The notes beneath the pieces were generated by a model that was given only the letters and a program-made list of their open reading frames with translations, was not told the origin of the DNA and made no database searches. Shown one piece after another: positions 55,053 through 64,000 of a stretch of 64,000 nucleotides of DNA; positions within the stretch are counted from its first letter, which is position 1; each line of letters starts with the position of its first letter. Location of the stretch: contig CAWBVY010000006.1 of the NCBI GenBank assembly GCA_963792415.1, positions 792,582-856,581 of the forward strand, in the 5' to 3' direction. The translations under genes and the position numbers were made by a program. The stretch comes from Candidatus Deferrimicrobiaceae bacterium (lineage in GTDB: Bacteria > Desulfobacterota > Deferrimicrobia > Deferrimicrobiales > Deferrimicrobiaceae).

Positions 55053-56117
55053 TCATCGGGACAGGAGCCGGGCGATGTCGTTGTAGAAGACGAGCGCCGT
55101 CAGGGTGAGGATGAGCGCGAGCCCCACCTGGTGGGCCAGGGTGCGCACCTGCGGTGAGATCGGCTTGCGCATCAGACCCTCTACCGAGAAGAAGAGCAGG
55201 TGCCCGCCGTCGAGGATCGGGATCGGAAGCAGGTTGAGGATGCCGAGGTTGACGCTCAGCAGGCCGAGAAAGTAGGCGAACGGGGAGATCCCCTGGCGGG
55301 CCTGGTCCCCCGCGATCTGCGCGATGAGGATCGGCCCCCCCAGCGTCTCGGACGGGAGAACGCGCGTCACGAGTTTCACAACCGTCATCACGGTCAGGTA
55401 GATGAGCTTTCCGGTCTCCTGCCCCGCACGGACGAAGGCCGCCCCCGGCCCGATCCGGCGGTAGACCACCTCCTGCCCCGCGACGATCCCGATCTTCGGT
55501 TCGGAGACCTTCTCCCCGAATACGGTGCGTCCCTCCCGCATCTCCGGGGCGACAAGGATCGTCGTTTCCGACCCGTCGCGCTTCACCGTGACCCGAAGAG
55601 GCTTTCCGGAGCCCTCCGAGCGGATCTTCGTCGCGAGTTCCTCCCAGGTTGCGACCGCCGCGCCGTCGATCCGGAGCACCACGTCCCCCTTCCGGAGCCC
55701 CGCGCGGGCGGCCGGCGTGTCGGGAGCGATGTCGCCGATGCGCGTGGTCAGGGACGGAACGCCTCCGAGGAAGACGACCCAGAAAACGAGGATGGCGAAG
55801 ACGAGGTTCCCCACCGGTCCGGCCGCCACGATCGCCATCTTCACCCAGACCGGTTTCTGCTGGAAGGAGCGCGCCAGCTGTTCGGGCGGGACCTCTTCCC
55901 CCTCGCTCTCCCCGACGAGCTTCACGTACCCGCCGAGAGGAACCGCGGAGAGGAGGTATTCGGTTTCACCCCGACGGAAGCCGGCCAGCTTCGGTCCGAA
56001 CCCGAACGAGAACTTGGTGACTCCGACACCGAGTTTCCGGGCCACGATGAAGTGGCCGAACTCGTGCACGAAAATGAGAATGCCGAGGACGACGATGAAC
56101 GAGAGGAAATAGATCAC
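55053..56117 (-). CDS. rseP: RIP metalloprotease RseP
   Basis: VHEFGH (HExxH), PLGGYVK, AGPVGN, PDZ domain, LGGPI.IA, NLLPIPILDGGH. Confidence 0.96.
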   Translation of the reverse strand: MIYFLSFIVVLGILIFVHEFGHFIVARKLGVGVTKFSFGFGPKLAGFRRGETEYLLSAVPLGGYVKLVGESEGEEVPPEQLARSFQQKPVWVKMAIVAAGPVGNLVFAILVFWVVFLGGVPSLTTRIGDIAPDTPAARAGLRKGDVVLRIDGAAVATWEELATKIRSEGSGKPLRVTVKRDGSETTILVAPEMREGRTVFGEKVSEPKIGIVAGQEVVYRRIGPGAAFVRAGQETGKLIYLTVMTVVKLVTRVLPSETLGGPILIAQIAGDQARQGISPFAYFLGLLSVNLGILNLLPIPILDGGHLLFFSVEGLMRKPISPQVRTLAHQVGLALILTLTALVFYNDIARLLSR

Positions 56118-57289
56118 GATGGTCGATGTCTCCTGTGACGGGATAGTTCGTTCCGCGCCGCGAGGCGCGACTGCGCGTCGGCGTCGAGCACTTCCTGAAG
56201 CGACCGGGCCGTGAACGGCGCCGACCACGCCGACAGCACGCGGTCGACGACGCGGACGATGTCGGTAAACGCGATCTGACCCGACAGAAACGCCAGGACC
56301 GCCTCCTCGTTGGCGCCGCTCATGACGGCCGGCGCCGATCCGCCCGTCTCCGCGGCGGCGTAGGCGATCCGCAGCGCAGGGAACCGTTTCCGGTCGGGTC
56401 GCTCGAAGATCAACCCTTCCATTCGATGCGGCCGCAGACGGGACAGTTCCAGGGGGAGCCGTCCAGGGTGCGAGAAGGCGTATCCGATGGGGATCCGCAT
56501 GTCGGGGGCCCCCATCTGCGCCATCACGCTGCCGTCGCGGAACTCCACCATCGAGTGGACCACCGACTGGGGGTGTATCAACACGTCGATCCGCGAGGGT
56601 GGGAGGCCGAACAGCCACGTCGCCTCGATCACCTCGAGCCCCTTGTTCATGAGGGTGGCGGAGTCCACGGAGATCTTCGCCCCCATCCGCCACGTGGGGT
56701 GTCCCAGCGCCTGCGCCACCGTGGCCGACCGCATCCTGGAGACGGTGTGGGTGCGGAACGGTCCGCCCGAGGCGGTGAGAAGGATCCGGAGGACCTCGTC
56801 CCGGCGGCGACCCTCGGTCGCCTGGAAGACGGCGGAATGCTCGCTGTCGACGGGGAGGATCTCCGCCTTCCCCCGCCGAGCGGCGGCGGTCACGAACTTC
56901 CCGGCCATCACGAGAAGTTCCTTGTTCGCCAGAGCGATCCGCTTCCCCTGTTCCGCGGCGGCGATGACCGGGCGGATCGAGGTGATCCCGGACGCCGCGG
57001 CGAGGACGATGTCGACGTTCCCGGCGCACGCCGCCTCCCGCATCCCCTCTTCCCCGAAGAGGAGGCGCGTCCCCCGCGGAAACTCCTTCCGGAGATCCGC
57101 TCCGTTCCCCCCGGAGAGGCAGACGATGTCGGGGCGGAAAAGACGGGCGAGGCCGGCCAGCGCCCGGGCGTTCGTTCCGGCGCACAGCGCGGTCGCGCGA
57201 AACCGTCGCGGAAACCGGGAGATGACGTCCAGCGCGTTCCGGCCGACGGAGCCGGTGGCGCCCAGCACCGCCACCCCCAGCCGGCTCAC
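56114..57289 (-). CDS. dxr: 1-deoxy-D-xylulose 5-phosphate reductoisomerase
   Basis: LGATGSVG, LANKELLV, LPVDSEHSA, LTASGGPFR, HPTWRMGAKISVDSATLMNKGLE, PDMRIPI. Confidence 0.97.
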   Translation of the reverse strand: MSRLGVAVLGATGSVGRNALDVISRFPRRFRATALCAGTNARALAGLARLFRPDIVCLSGGNGADLRKEFPRGTRLLFGEEGMREAACAGNVDIVLAAASGITSIRPVIAAAEQGKRIALANKELLVMAGKFVTAAARRGKAEILPVDSEHSAVFQATEGRRRDEVLRILLTASGGPFRTHTVSRMRSATVAQALGHPTWRMGAKISVDSATLMNKGLEVIEATWLFGLPPSRIDVLIHPQSVVHSMVEFRDGSVMAQMGAPDMRIPIGYAFSHPGRLPLELSRLRPHRMEGLIFERPDRKRFPALRIAYAAAETGGSAPAVMSGANEEAVLAFLSGQIAFTDIVRVVDRVLSAWSAPFTARSLQEVLDADAQSRLAARNELSRHRRHRPS

Positions 57290-58107
57290 GCGCCCACCCC
57301 GGCGATGGACGACAACGCCGCGAACAGGTAGAGGACCGGTCCGGCCCCGAGGATCCCGTCGGCCCGATCGAGGATCCCCCCGTGGCCAGGCAGCAGCGTC
57401 CCGCTGTCCTTCACGCCCGCCGCGCGCTTGAGCAGCGACTCGAACAGGTCGCCCGCCTGTCCGAAGGCCCCCACCGCGGCCCCGGCGGCGGCGGCGTATC
57501 CCGCCGGCACCCCGGGGAGAAAACCGTGCGCGTAGAGGGCGGCGCAGCCAACGCTCCCGAGGATCCCCCCGACCGCGCCTTCCACCGTCTTGTTCGGCGA
57601 GACGGCCGGGGCGAACTTCCTCCGGCCGATCGCCCTTCCCGTGAAGTAGGCCATCGTGTCCCCCGCCGCCACCGCGAGGATTCCCAGGAGCACCCAGTGC
57701 TCCCCGTGGGGAAGAAGGAGCGTTCGCGGATACATCGACAGAAGTCCCCCGACGTAGACCGCCCCGAGGCAGAGCGTCGCCGCCCTGCGCGCTTTTTCCG
57801 CGGGATCGGCCGCTCCCGGAAGGACGTGAAAGACCGAAAGGAGGACGCAGACGAGAACCGCCGGTACGCCGAAGGAACCCGGGAGCAGCGCCGCCGAAAA
57901 ATACACGAGGACGGCGAGCACGACCCCGCCCGCGCGATCCCGGGCGCCGTGGAGGAACATCCGGAATCCTTCGCCCGCGCAAAGCCCCGCGGCGGCCGCG
58001 CACAGCAGCAGGAACGGCCACCCCCCCGGGCGCCCGACGGAGAGCAGGATGGAGGCGATCAGGAGCGGGATGAGAACGGCGGCGGTGGCGATCCGTTTCC
58101 AGAGCAT
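57286..58107 (-). CDS. cdsA: Phosphatidate cytidylyltransferase
   Basis: DTMAYFTG..IG, SPNKTVEG, GDLFESLLKR..GVKDSG.LLPGHGG.LDR.D. Confidence 0.95.
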   Translation of the reverse strand: MLWKRIATAAVLIPLLIASILLSVGRPGGWPFLLLCAAAAGLCAGEGFRMFLHGARDRAGGVVLAVLVYFSAALLPGSFGVPAVLVCVLLSVFHVLPGAADPAEKARRAATLCLGAVYVGGLLSMYPRTLLLPHGEHWVLLGILAVAAGDTMAYFTGRAIGRRKFAPAVSPNKTVEGAVGGILGSVGCAALYAHGFLPGVPAGYAAAAGAAVGAFGQAGDLFESLLKRAAGVKDSGTLLPGHGGILDRADGILGAGPVLYLFAALSSIAGVGA

Positions 58108-58111
58108 CGCG

Positions 58112-58864
58112 CTATTTCCCCGGGGGCTTGACGGCCTGGTCGGCGGTCAGCCCGAAACGCCGGTGGCGGCGGGAGTACTCCTCGAGCGCCTGGAGGAACT
58201 CCGCCTTGCCGAAATCCGGCCACAGCACGTCCGTGAAGGCGAACTCGGCGTAGGCGGATTGCCAGAGCAGGAAGTTGCTGATGCGCAGTTCCCCGCTGGT
58301 GCGGATGACGAGGTCGGGATCGGGGATCCCCGCGGTGTCGAGGCGGGCGGAGAACATCCCTTCCGTGATCTCCTCCGGAGCGATCTTCCCGTCCGCCGCC
58401 TCCGCGGCAAGGCGGCGCGCCGCACGGACGATCTCGTTGCGCCCCGCGTACGAAAGCCCCAGCGTCAAGGTCATCTCGGTATTCCCCGCCGTGGCGGAGA
58501 CGGTGTGCTCCAGGACCTGCCGGACGGAGAAAGGGAGGGAGGAGGTCTCTCCGATGACACGGAGCCGGATCCGGTGTCGGAGGAGCAGGGAAAGCTCGCT
58601 GACGAGAAACTCCTTCAGGAGGGTCATGAGCGCAATGACCTCGGGCTCGGGGCGGCCCCAGTTCTCGAGCGAGAAGGCGTACAGGGTCAGGCATGGGATG
58701 CGCAGTTCCCGGGCGCACTCCACGACGGCGCGCACGGAGCGCACACCCATCCGGTGCCCCTCGACGCGCGGAAGCCCCCGCAGGTTCGCCCACCGGCCGT
58801 TGCCGTCCATGATGATGGCGACGTGCCGAGGCAGGGAAGGTGGGGCGCTTCCTTCGGAGGTCAT
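58112..58864 (-). CDS. uppS: Undecaprenyl diphosphate synthase
   Basis: HVAIIMDGNGRWA, YAFSLENWGRP, DPDLVIRTSGE.RISNFLLWQ. Confidence 0.97.
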   Translation of the reverse strand: MTSEGSAPPSLPRHVAIIMDGNGRWANLRGLPRVEGHRMGVRSVRAVVECARELRIPCLTLYAFSLENWGRPEPEVIALMTLLKEFLVSELSLLLRHRIRLRVIGETSSLPFSVRQVLEHTVSATAGNTEMTLTLGLSYAGRNEIVRAARRLAAEAADGKIAPEEITEGMFSARLDTAGIPDPDLVIRTSGELRISNFLLWQSAYAEFAFTDVLWPDFGKAEFLQALEEYSRRHRRFGLTADQAVKPPGK

Positions 58865-59418
58865 CAGACCTCCAGGATCTCCTGTTCCTTGGACTTGAGG
58901 ATCTCGTCGATCTTTTTCACGTGGGCGTCCGTCTCCTTCTGGATCCGCTCCTGCCCGCGCTTGACGACGTCCTCGGAGATCTCCTTCTTCTTCTCCCGGT
59001 CCTTCAGCTTTTCGATCGCCTCGCGACGGACGTTGCGGACCGCCACGCGCGCGTCTTCGCCCATCTTCCGGACCACCTTGGCCAGCTCCCTGCGCCGTTC
59101 CTCCGTCAGGGGCGGGATCGGGATGCGGACCATCTTCCCGTCGTTCGACGGGTTCAGTCCGAGGCCGCTTCCCTGGATCGCCTTCTCGATCGGACCGATC
59201 ATCTTGGTGTCCCAGGGGGTTACGGTGATCAGGCGGCTCTCGGGGACCGAGAGGGTCCCCACCTGCTGGAGCGGCGTGGGGGTGCCGTAGTAGTCCACCT
59301 TGACCCCGTCCAGCAGCGAGAAGGAGGCGCGCCCCGTGCGCACTTTCCCCAGTTCCTTCCGGAACGCTTCTATGCTCCGCTCCATGCGGGTGGAGGTGTC
59401 CTTGAACAGCGCTTCCAT
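58864..59418 (-). CDS. frr: Ribosome recycling factor
   Basis: KVRTGRAS, VDYYGTPTPL, GLNPSNDG, IPPLTEERR, VRNVRR. Confidence 0.97.
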   Translation of the reverse strand: MEALFKDTSTRMERSIEAFRKELGKVRTGRASFSLLDGVKVDYYGTPTPLQQVGTLSVPESRLITVTPWDTKMIGPIEKAIQGSGLGLNPSNDGKMVRIPIPPLTEERRRELAKVVRKMGEDARVAVRNVRREAIEKLKDREKKKEISEDVVKRGQERIQKETDAHVKKIDEILKSKEQEILEV

Positions 59419-60143
59419 TACTTCCCTCCGTGGACCACGGTGCCGATCCTCTCGCCCAGCACCGCCTTCAGGATGTTCCCCCTCTTCGTCAGATTGAACA
59501 CGACGATGGGGAGGTCGTTGTCCATGCACAGGGAGATGGCCGTGGCGTCCATGACCTTGAGGTTCTTCCGGAGGACGTCGAGGTAGGTCAGGCGGGAGTA
59601 CTTCTTCGCCCCCGGGTGGAGCACCGGGTCGCGATCGTACACGCCGTCGACCTTGGTGGCCTTGAGGATAGCGTCGGCGTTGATCTCCATCGCCCGCAGC
59701 GCCGCCGCGGTGTCCGTCGTGAAATACGGGTTCCCGGTCCCTGCCGCGAAGATCACCACCCGCCCCTTTTCAAGGTGGCGCAGGGCGCGCCGGCGGATGT
59801 ACGGCTCGGCGATCGCGCGCATCTCGATCGCGCTCATCACGCGCGTCGTGACCCCGGTCCGCTCGAGGACGTCCTGCAGGGCGAGGCTGTTGATGACCGT
59901 CGCCAGCATTCCCATGTAGTCCGCGGAGGCGCGGTCGATGCGGAAGTCCCGGCTGGTTCCGATCCCCCGGAAGATGTTCCCGCCGCCGACGACGAGGGCC
60001 ACATGTACGCCGAGTCCGACGACTTCCCGGATCTCGGTCGACAGGCCGGTGAGGATCGCGTCGTCGATCCCGTACGCCTGTTTCCCCATCAGGGCTTCCC
60101 CCGACAGCTTCAGCAGGATCCGGCGGTACGACGGTTTCTCCAC
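59418..60143 (-). CDS. pyrH: UMP kinase
   Basis: [47 protein letters not shown]. Confidence 0.97.
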   Translation of the reverse strand: MEKPSYRRILLKLSGEALMGKQAYGIDDAILTGLSTEIREVVGLGVHVALVVGGGNIFRGIGTSRDFRIDRASADYMGMLATVINSLALQDVLERTGVTTRVMSAIEMRAIAEPYIRRRALRHLEKGRVVIFAAGTGNPYFTTDTAAALRAMEINADAILKATKVDGVYDRDPVLHPGAKKYSRLTYLDVLRKNLKVMDATAISLCMDNDLPIVVFNLTKRGNILKAVLGERIGTVVHGGK

Positions 60144-60173
60144 GCAACCTCCGCAGGGCGCGGGTCGGAACGA

Positions 60174-61094
60174 TCACCCCTGCCCGAGCTGCTTCGCCAC
60201 CTCGGCGGCCAGGTCGTCCGACCGCTTCTCCATCCCCTCGCCCACCTGGAAACGTGCGAAGGCGCTCACCGTGATCGGGCCACCGGCGGCCTTCCCCGCG
60301 TCCGCGAGAAACTGCGAGACCTTCCGCTCCGGGTCCTTGATGAACGCCTGCTCGACGAGGCAGAAATCGCCGAAAAACTTCTCCAGCTTCCCGTCGGCGA
60401 TCTTGTCCAGGATCTTGTCGGGTTTCCCCGAAGCCTTTGCCTGCTCGCGGTAGATCGCCTTCTCGCGCTCGATGACCGGCGCGGGGACCTCGTTCCTGCC
60501 GATGTACGTCGGGTTGGCGGCCGCCACCTGCATCGCGAGGTCCTTGGCCAGCGCGGCCACCGCGGCGTTCGACCGATCCGCGCCCGATACCGCCACGAGG
60601 ACGCCGATCTTCCCCCCGGCGTGGATATACGGGACGATCATGCCGGCCGCCCCCGCCGGCGTCTCGAGGCGCGCGAACCGGCGGAAGGAAATCTTTTCGC
60701 CGATCTTCGCGACCATCTCCACCAGCTTTTCACCGAGGTTTCCGCCGTCGAGCGGCAGGGTCAGGGCTTCGTCGACGTCCCGCGGCGCCTTGAAGTTCAC
60801 CAGCGCGGCGACCGCATTCGCCCGCCCGACGAAGTCGTCGGTCCTGGCCACGAAGTCGGTCTCGCAGTTCATCTCGACCAGCGCCCCGGAGTTCCCCTCC
60901 ACGTGGGCGCAGACGACCCCCTCGGAGGCGATCCGCGAAGACTTCTTCGCGGCCGCCGCGAGGCCCTTCTTCCGGAGGTGGTCGATCGCCGCCTCCATGT
61001 CGCCGCCCGACGCCGAGAGCGCCGCCTTGCAATCCATCAGGCCCGCGCCGGTCTTCTCGCGGAGCTCCTTGACCATCCCGGATGTGATCTGCAT
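60174..61094 (-). CDS. tsf: Elongation factor Ts
   Basis: VKELREKTGAGLMDCK.AL, EMNCETDFVA, AMQVAA, F.RFQVGEG. Confidence 0.97.
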   Translation of the reverse strand: MQITSGMVKELREKTGAGLMDCKAALSASGGDMEAAIDHLRKKGLAAAAKKSSRIASEGVVCAHVEGNSGALVEMNCETDFVARTDDFVGRANAVAALVNFKAPRDVDEALTLPLDGGNLGEKLVEMVAKIGEKISFRRFARLETPAGAAGMIVPYIHAGGKIGVLVAVSGADRSNAAVAALAKDLAMQVAAANPTYIGRNEVPAPVIEREKAIYREQAKASGKPDKILDKIADGKLEKFFGDFCLVEQAFIKDPERKVSQFLADAGKAAGGPITVSAFARFQVGEGMEKRSDDLAAEVAKQLGQG

Positions 61095-61138
61095 TTCCCT
61101 GGATCTCCCTGATCGTTCGGGCCGCTCGGGACCCGGAA

Positions 61139-61981
61139 TTATTCCGCCGCGGTGGGGGCTTGCGCCGCCGCGGGAGCTTTCGGAGCGATGGAGACTTCCT
61201 CGTCCCCCTCGGTGGAGATGAGCGACACCGTGACTTCGGGCGCCTCCGCTTCCTTGTCGATGCGGGAGGCGTTCTTCTCCGCGTAGGCCGCCTTCCCCTC
61301 GAGGATCGCGTCGGCCATCTTGGAGAGGAACAGCTTGATCGCGCGGATGGCGTCGTCGTTCCCCGGGATCACGACGTCGATCAGGTCGGGGTCGCAATTC
61401 GTGTCCACGATGGCGACGATGGGGATCCCCAGCCGCCGGCCCTCGAGGATCGCGATCGTCTCCCGCGACGGGTCGACGACGAACATCGCGTCCGGCACGC
61501 GCCGGAGATCCCGGATGCCGCCGAGGGTCTTCTCGAGCTTGACCCGCTCCTTCTCGAGCTGCAGGACTTCCTTTTTGGGGAGCCGCTCGGCGGTGCCGTC
61601 GGTCCCGATCTCCGAAAGCTTCTGCAGACGGTCGAGGCTCTTCCGGATCGTGCTGAAGTTCGTGAGCATCCCGCCCAGCCAGCGCTGGTTGACGTACGGC
61701 GTGCCCGCCCGGCGGGCCTCCTCCTCCACCGCCTCCTGCGCCTGCTTCTTCGTTCCGACGAAGAGGACCGTCTTTCCCTCCGCCGCCATGCTCCGCACCG
61801 CCTCGTAGGCGGCCCGGAACATCTTCACCGTCTGCTGAAGGTCGATGATGTAGATCCCGTTGCGTGCGGTGAAGATGTACCGCTTCATCTTCGGGTTCCA
61901 TCGCTTCGTCTGGTGCCCGAAGTGGACCCCCGCCTCCAGCAGCTGCTTCATCGAGATTACCGAGCTCTGTCCGTTCGCCAT
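61139..61981 (-). CDS. rpsB: 30S ribosomal protein S2
   Basis: [53 protein letters not shown]. Confidence 0.98.
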   Translation of the reverse strand: MANGQSSVISMKQLLEAGVHFGHQTKRWNPKMKRYIFTARNGIYIIDLQQTVKMFRAAYEAVRSMAAEGKTVLFVGTKKQAQEAVEEEARRAGTPYVNQRWLGGMLTNFSTIRKSLDRLQKLSEIGTDGTAERLPKKEVLQLEKERVKLEKTLGGIRDLRRVPDAMFVVDPSRETIAILEGRRLGIPIVAIVDTNCDPDLIDVVIPGNDDAIRAIKLFLSKMADAILEGKAAYAEKNASRIDKEAEAPEVTVSLISTEGDEEVSIAPKAPAAAQAPTAAE

Positions 61982-62003
61982 CCCTTCCGTTCCTCCTTCG
62001 GTT

Positions 62004-62090
62004 CAGGGGTTGTTCCGCCGGGCGCTCCGCCCCTCCCCATTTACCCCGTCGATACGGGGCACCCCGGGGAGAGTCCCGCCCGTGGGTGAT
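62004..62090 (-). ncRNA. rpsB leader (t44/S2-binding-like cis-regulatory RNA)
   Basis: Minus strand CACCCAC...CCGGGGTGCCCCG(loop)CGGGG...GGAG...ACAACCCC just before the RBS; resembles the remembered E. coli rpsB leader elements. Confidence 0.55.
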
Positions 62091-62117
62091 AAACTGCAGC
62101 TAAGCCTTGCATCTATA

Positions 62118-63311
62118 TCACGATCTATACCCCGAGTTCAACTTCACATACGCGACGCTCAGGTCGGAGAAGTAGACGTAGTCGAACCCCTTCCCCAACC
62201 CGAGGTCGACGTCGATGGCGTACGCCTCCGACCGGATCTTCGGGACGGCGCGGCGCTCCGCGGCCGGGTCGGGGCGCATCCCCCGGCGCAGCAGCGTTTC
62301 CCCGGCGAACCGCACCGAGACCTTCATCGGGTCCACCGAGATCCCCGCACGGCCGAGCACCGCGATCACCCGGCCCCAGTTCAGGTCGGCGCCGTGGACG
62401 GCGGTTTTCACCAGCGGGGAGGAAGCGGCCGCGCGGGCCGCCTTCGTTGCATCCGCGGAGGTGCGTGCGCCGGTGACCGACAGCCGGACCACCCGGGTCG
62501 CCCCCTCTCCGTCGCGCACGATCATCAGCGCGAGGTCCAGCAGCAGCGAGAGGAGCGCCTCCCGGAACGCGGCGAGGCCTTTCCCTTTCAGCGGGGGCAA
62601 ACCGCACGCTCCGTTGGCGAAGAGAGCCGCGGTGTCGTTGGTGCTCGTGTCGCCGTCGACGACGATTCGGTTGAACGTCGCGTCGGTCGCCTCCCGCAGC
62701 AGGCGGCGGGCGGTGGAGGGCGCCAGTGCCGCGTCGGTGAACGCGTAGGCGAGCATCGTCCCCATGTTCGGTGCGATCATCCCGGCGCCCTTCGCGATCG
62801 CGCCGATCGTGACCGTGCGCCCCCCCACGCGGATCTTCCGGATCCCGCGCTTCGGGAAGGCGTCCGTCGTGCAGATCGCCTCCCCCGCCCCGGCGATCCC
62901 CTTCGGGGAGAGGCGGGCGGCGAGGCCCGGCAGGGCCGCGACGATCTTCTCCACCGGCAGCGGTACGCCGATGACGCCGGTGGAGCCGATCAGCAGCGAA
63001 TCGGCCGGCAGACCGAGGGCTTCGACGGCCGCCCGGGACGTCTCGCGGACCGCGTGGATCCCGGCGGTTCCGGTGCAGGCGTTCGCGTTGCCGCTGTTCG
63101 CCACGATCCCGCGCAGTCGGGAGCGGGCGCGCAGCGCCTTCCCCCAGACGACGGGGGCGGCCGCCACCTTGTTCCTCGTGAAGACCACGGCGGAGACGCA
63201 CGGACGGTCGCTGACCACCAGCGCGAGGTCCGGCTTCCCGGTCTTCTTGATCCCGCAGAAATCCGCGGAGGCCCGGAACCCGGGAACGACGATCTCCTCC
63301 GGCAGCTTCAT
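62118..63311 (-). CDS. argJ: Ornithine acetyltransferase (ArgJ family)
   Basis: VFTRNKVAAAPV, NSGNANACTG, STGVIG, AKGAGMIAPNMGTML, VDGDTSTND, VRDGEGAT. Confidence 0.96.
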   Translation of the reverse strand: MKLPEEIVVPGFRASADFCGIKKTGKPDLALVVSDRPCVSAVVFTRNKVAAAPVVWGKALRARSRLRGIVANSGNANACTGTAGIHAVRETSRAAVEALGLPADSLLIGSTGVIGVPLPVEKIVAALPGLAARLSPKGIAGAGEAICTTDAFPKRGIRKIRVGGRTVTIGAIAKGAGMIAPNMGTMLAYAFTDAALAPSTARRLLREATDATFNRIVVDGDTSTNDTAALFANGACGLPPLKGKGLAAFREALLSLLLDLALMIVRDGEGATRVVRLSVTGARTSADATKAARAAASSPLVKTAVHGADLNWGRVIAVLGRAGISVDPMKVSVRFAGETLLRRGMRPDPAAERRAVPKIRSEAYAIDVDLGLGKGFDYVYFSDLSVAYVKLNSGYRS

Positions 63312-63315
63312 CCCC

Positions 63316-64000
63316 TCACGTCCCCTGGCCGCAGCATTTCTTGTACTTCTTCCCCGACCCGCAGGGGCACGGGTCGTTCCGCCCGATCTTTACACCCTCG
63401 CGCTTCTGCGTGGTCTTCCCTGCGCTCTTGATGTCCCCCCGGGAGAGGGTGACCCGTGCCGGGCGGGGAGAAGCCGGACGTTCCTTCAGTTCCGCCCCCT
63501 CCTCCTCCCGCTGCACCTTGACGTGGAACAGTCGCTTGAGGGATTCCTCCTTGATTCGCGAGATCAGATCCGAGAAGAGATCGAACCCTTCCCGCTGGTA
63601 CTCCTTCAGCGGGTCCTTCTGGGCGTACCCGCGCAGGCCGATCCCCTCCTTGAGGTGATCCATCGACAGGAGGTGGTCCTTCCACAGCGCGTCCACCGTC
63701 GAGAGGAGAAACATCCGCTCGAGGTAGCGGATCGCGTCGGCGCCGTAATCGGCCTCCTTCTTCGCGTAGAACGCCTCCGCCCCCTTCCGTACCCGGTCCG
63801 AGAGTTCGGACGGCGTTAGCTTGACTCTCTCCGCCTCCGGGATCTCCAAGCGAACTCCGAATTGCGCGGTGACGGCGGTGGAAAGCGCCCCGAAATCCCA
63901 CTCCTCCGGGACCGTCTTCTCGTCCGAGAACCTCCCGGCGAGATCCTCCGCGACCTCTCCGGCGAAGTCGAGCACCATCTCCCGGAGGTCCTCGCTTCCC
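63316..64000 (-). CDS. secA: Preprotein translocase SecA, 3' part (starts beyond window end)
   Basis: [35 protein letters not shown]; SEC-C motif [20 protein letters not shown]. Confidence 0.97.
   Translation of the reverse strand, partial: GSEDLREMVLDFAGEVAEDLAGRFSDEKTVPEEWDFGALSTAVTAQFGVRLEIPEAERVKLTPSELSDRVRKGAEAFYAKKEADYGADAIRYLERMFLLSTVDALWKDHLLSMDHLKEGIGLRGYAQKDPLKEYQREGFDLFSDLISRIKEESLKRLFHVKVQREEEGAELKERPASPRPARVTLSRGDIKSAGKTTQKREGVKIGRNDPCPCGSGKKYKKCCGQGT

Overview
GC-rich bacterial chromosomal segment. Gene order resembles that of Geobacter/Desulfobacterota-type deltaproteobacteria (a 'Ca. Deferrimicrobium'-like lineage is plausible but is inference only). Almost all genes lie on the minus strand: secA (partial)-argJ-rpsB-tsf-pyrH-frr-uppS-cdsA-dxr-rseP-tsaB-DUF465-ilvBNC-psd-pssA-leuCDB-asd-truA, then an accessory insert, then rplM-rpsI-argC-kdsB-pyrG-kdsA-kdsD-kdsC-lptCAB-rpoN-hpf-ptsN-hprK-rapZ-mannose-family PTS IIA/B/C/D-HPr-EI-metK-ahcY, lptFG (plus strand), ribF-htrA-small hypothetical-rluD-pgeF-rho-rpmE-thyX-DUF1385-prfA-prmC-murA-hisDBHAFI-HIT-rpsU-yqeY-dnaG (partial). 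The main novelty is the ~4.7 kb insert between truA and rplM (39786-44437). It holds what looks like a decayed integron: two attC-like imperfect palindromes flanking promoterless AT-richer cassette genes, and a C-terminal intI-like pseudogene fragment oriented divergently from them. One attC has a co-varying, non-canonical GAC/GTC core. The insert also carries a hyaluronan-synthase/NodC-like GT2 with an altered QxxRW motif behind a candidate sigma-54 promoter. Smaller points: a probable CTG start for murA, a terminator-like hairpin inside the probable truA 5' coding region, hisG/leuA/ilvD absent from their usual operon positions, and an His-to-Gln change before the HPrK P-loop. All family assignments come from motif recognition by eye; no database searches were run. 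No tRNA, rRNA or CRISPR array was seen.
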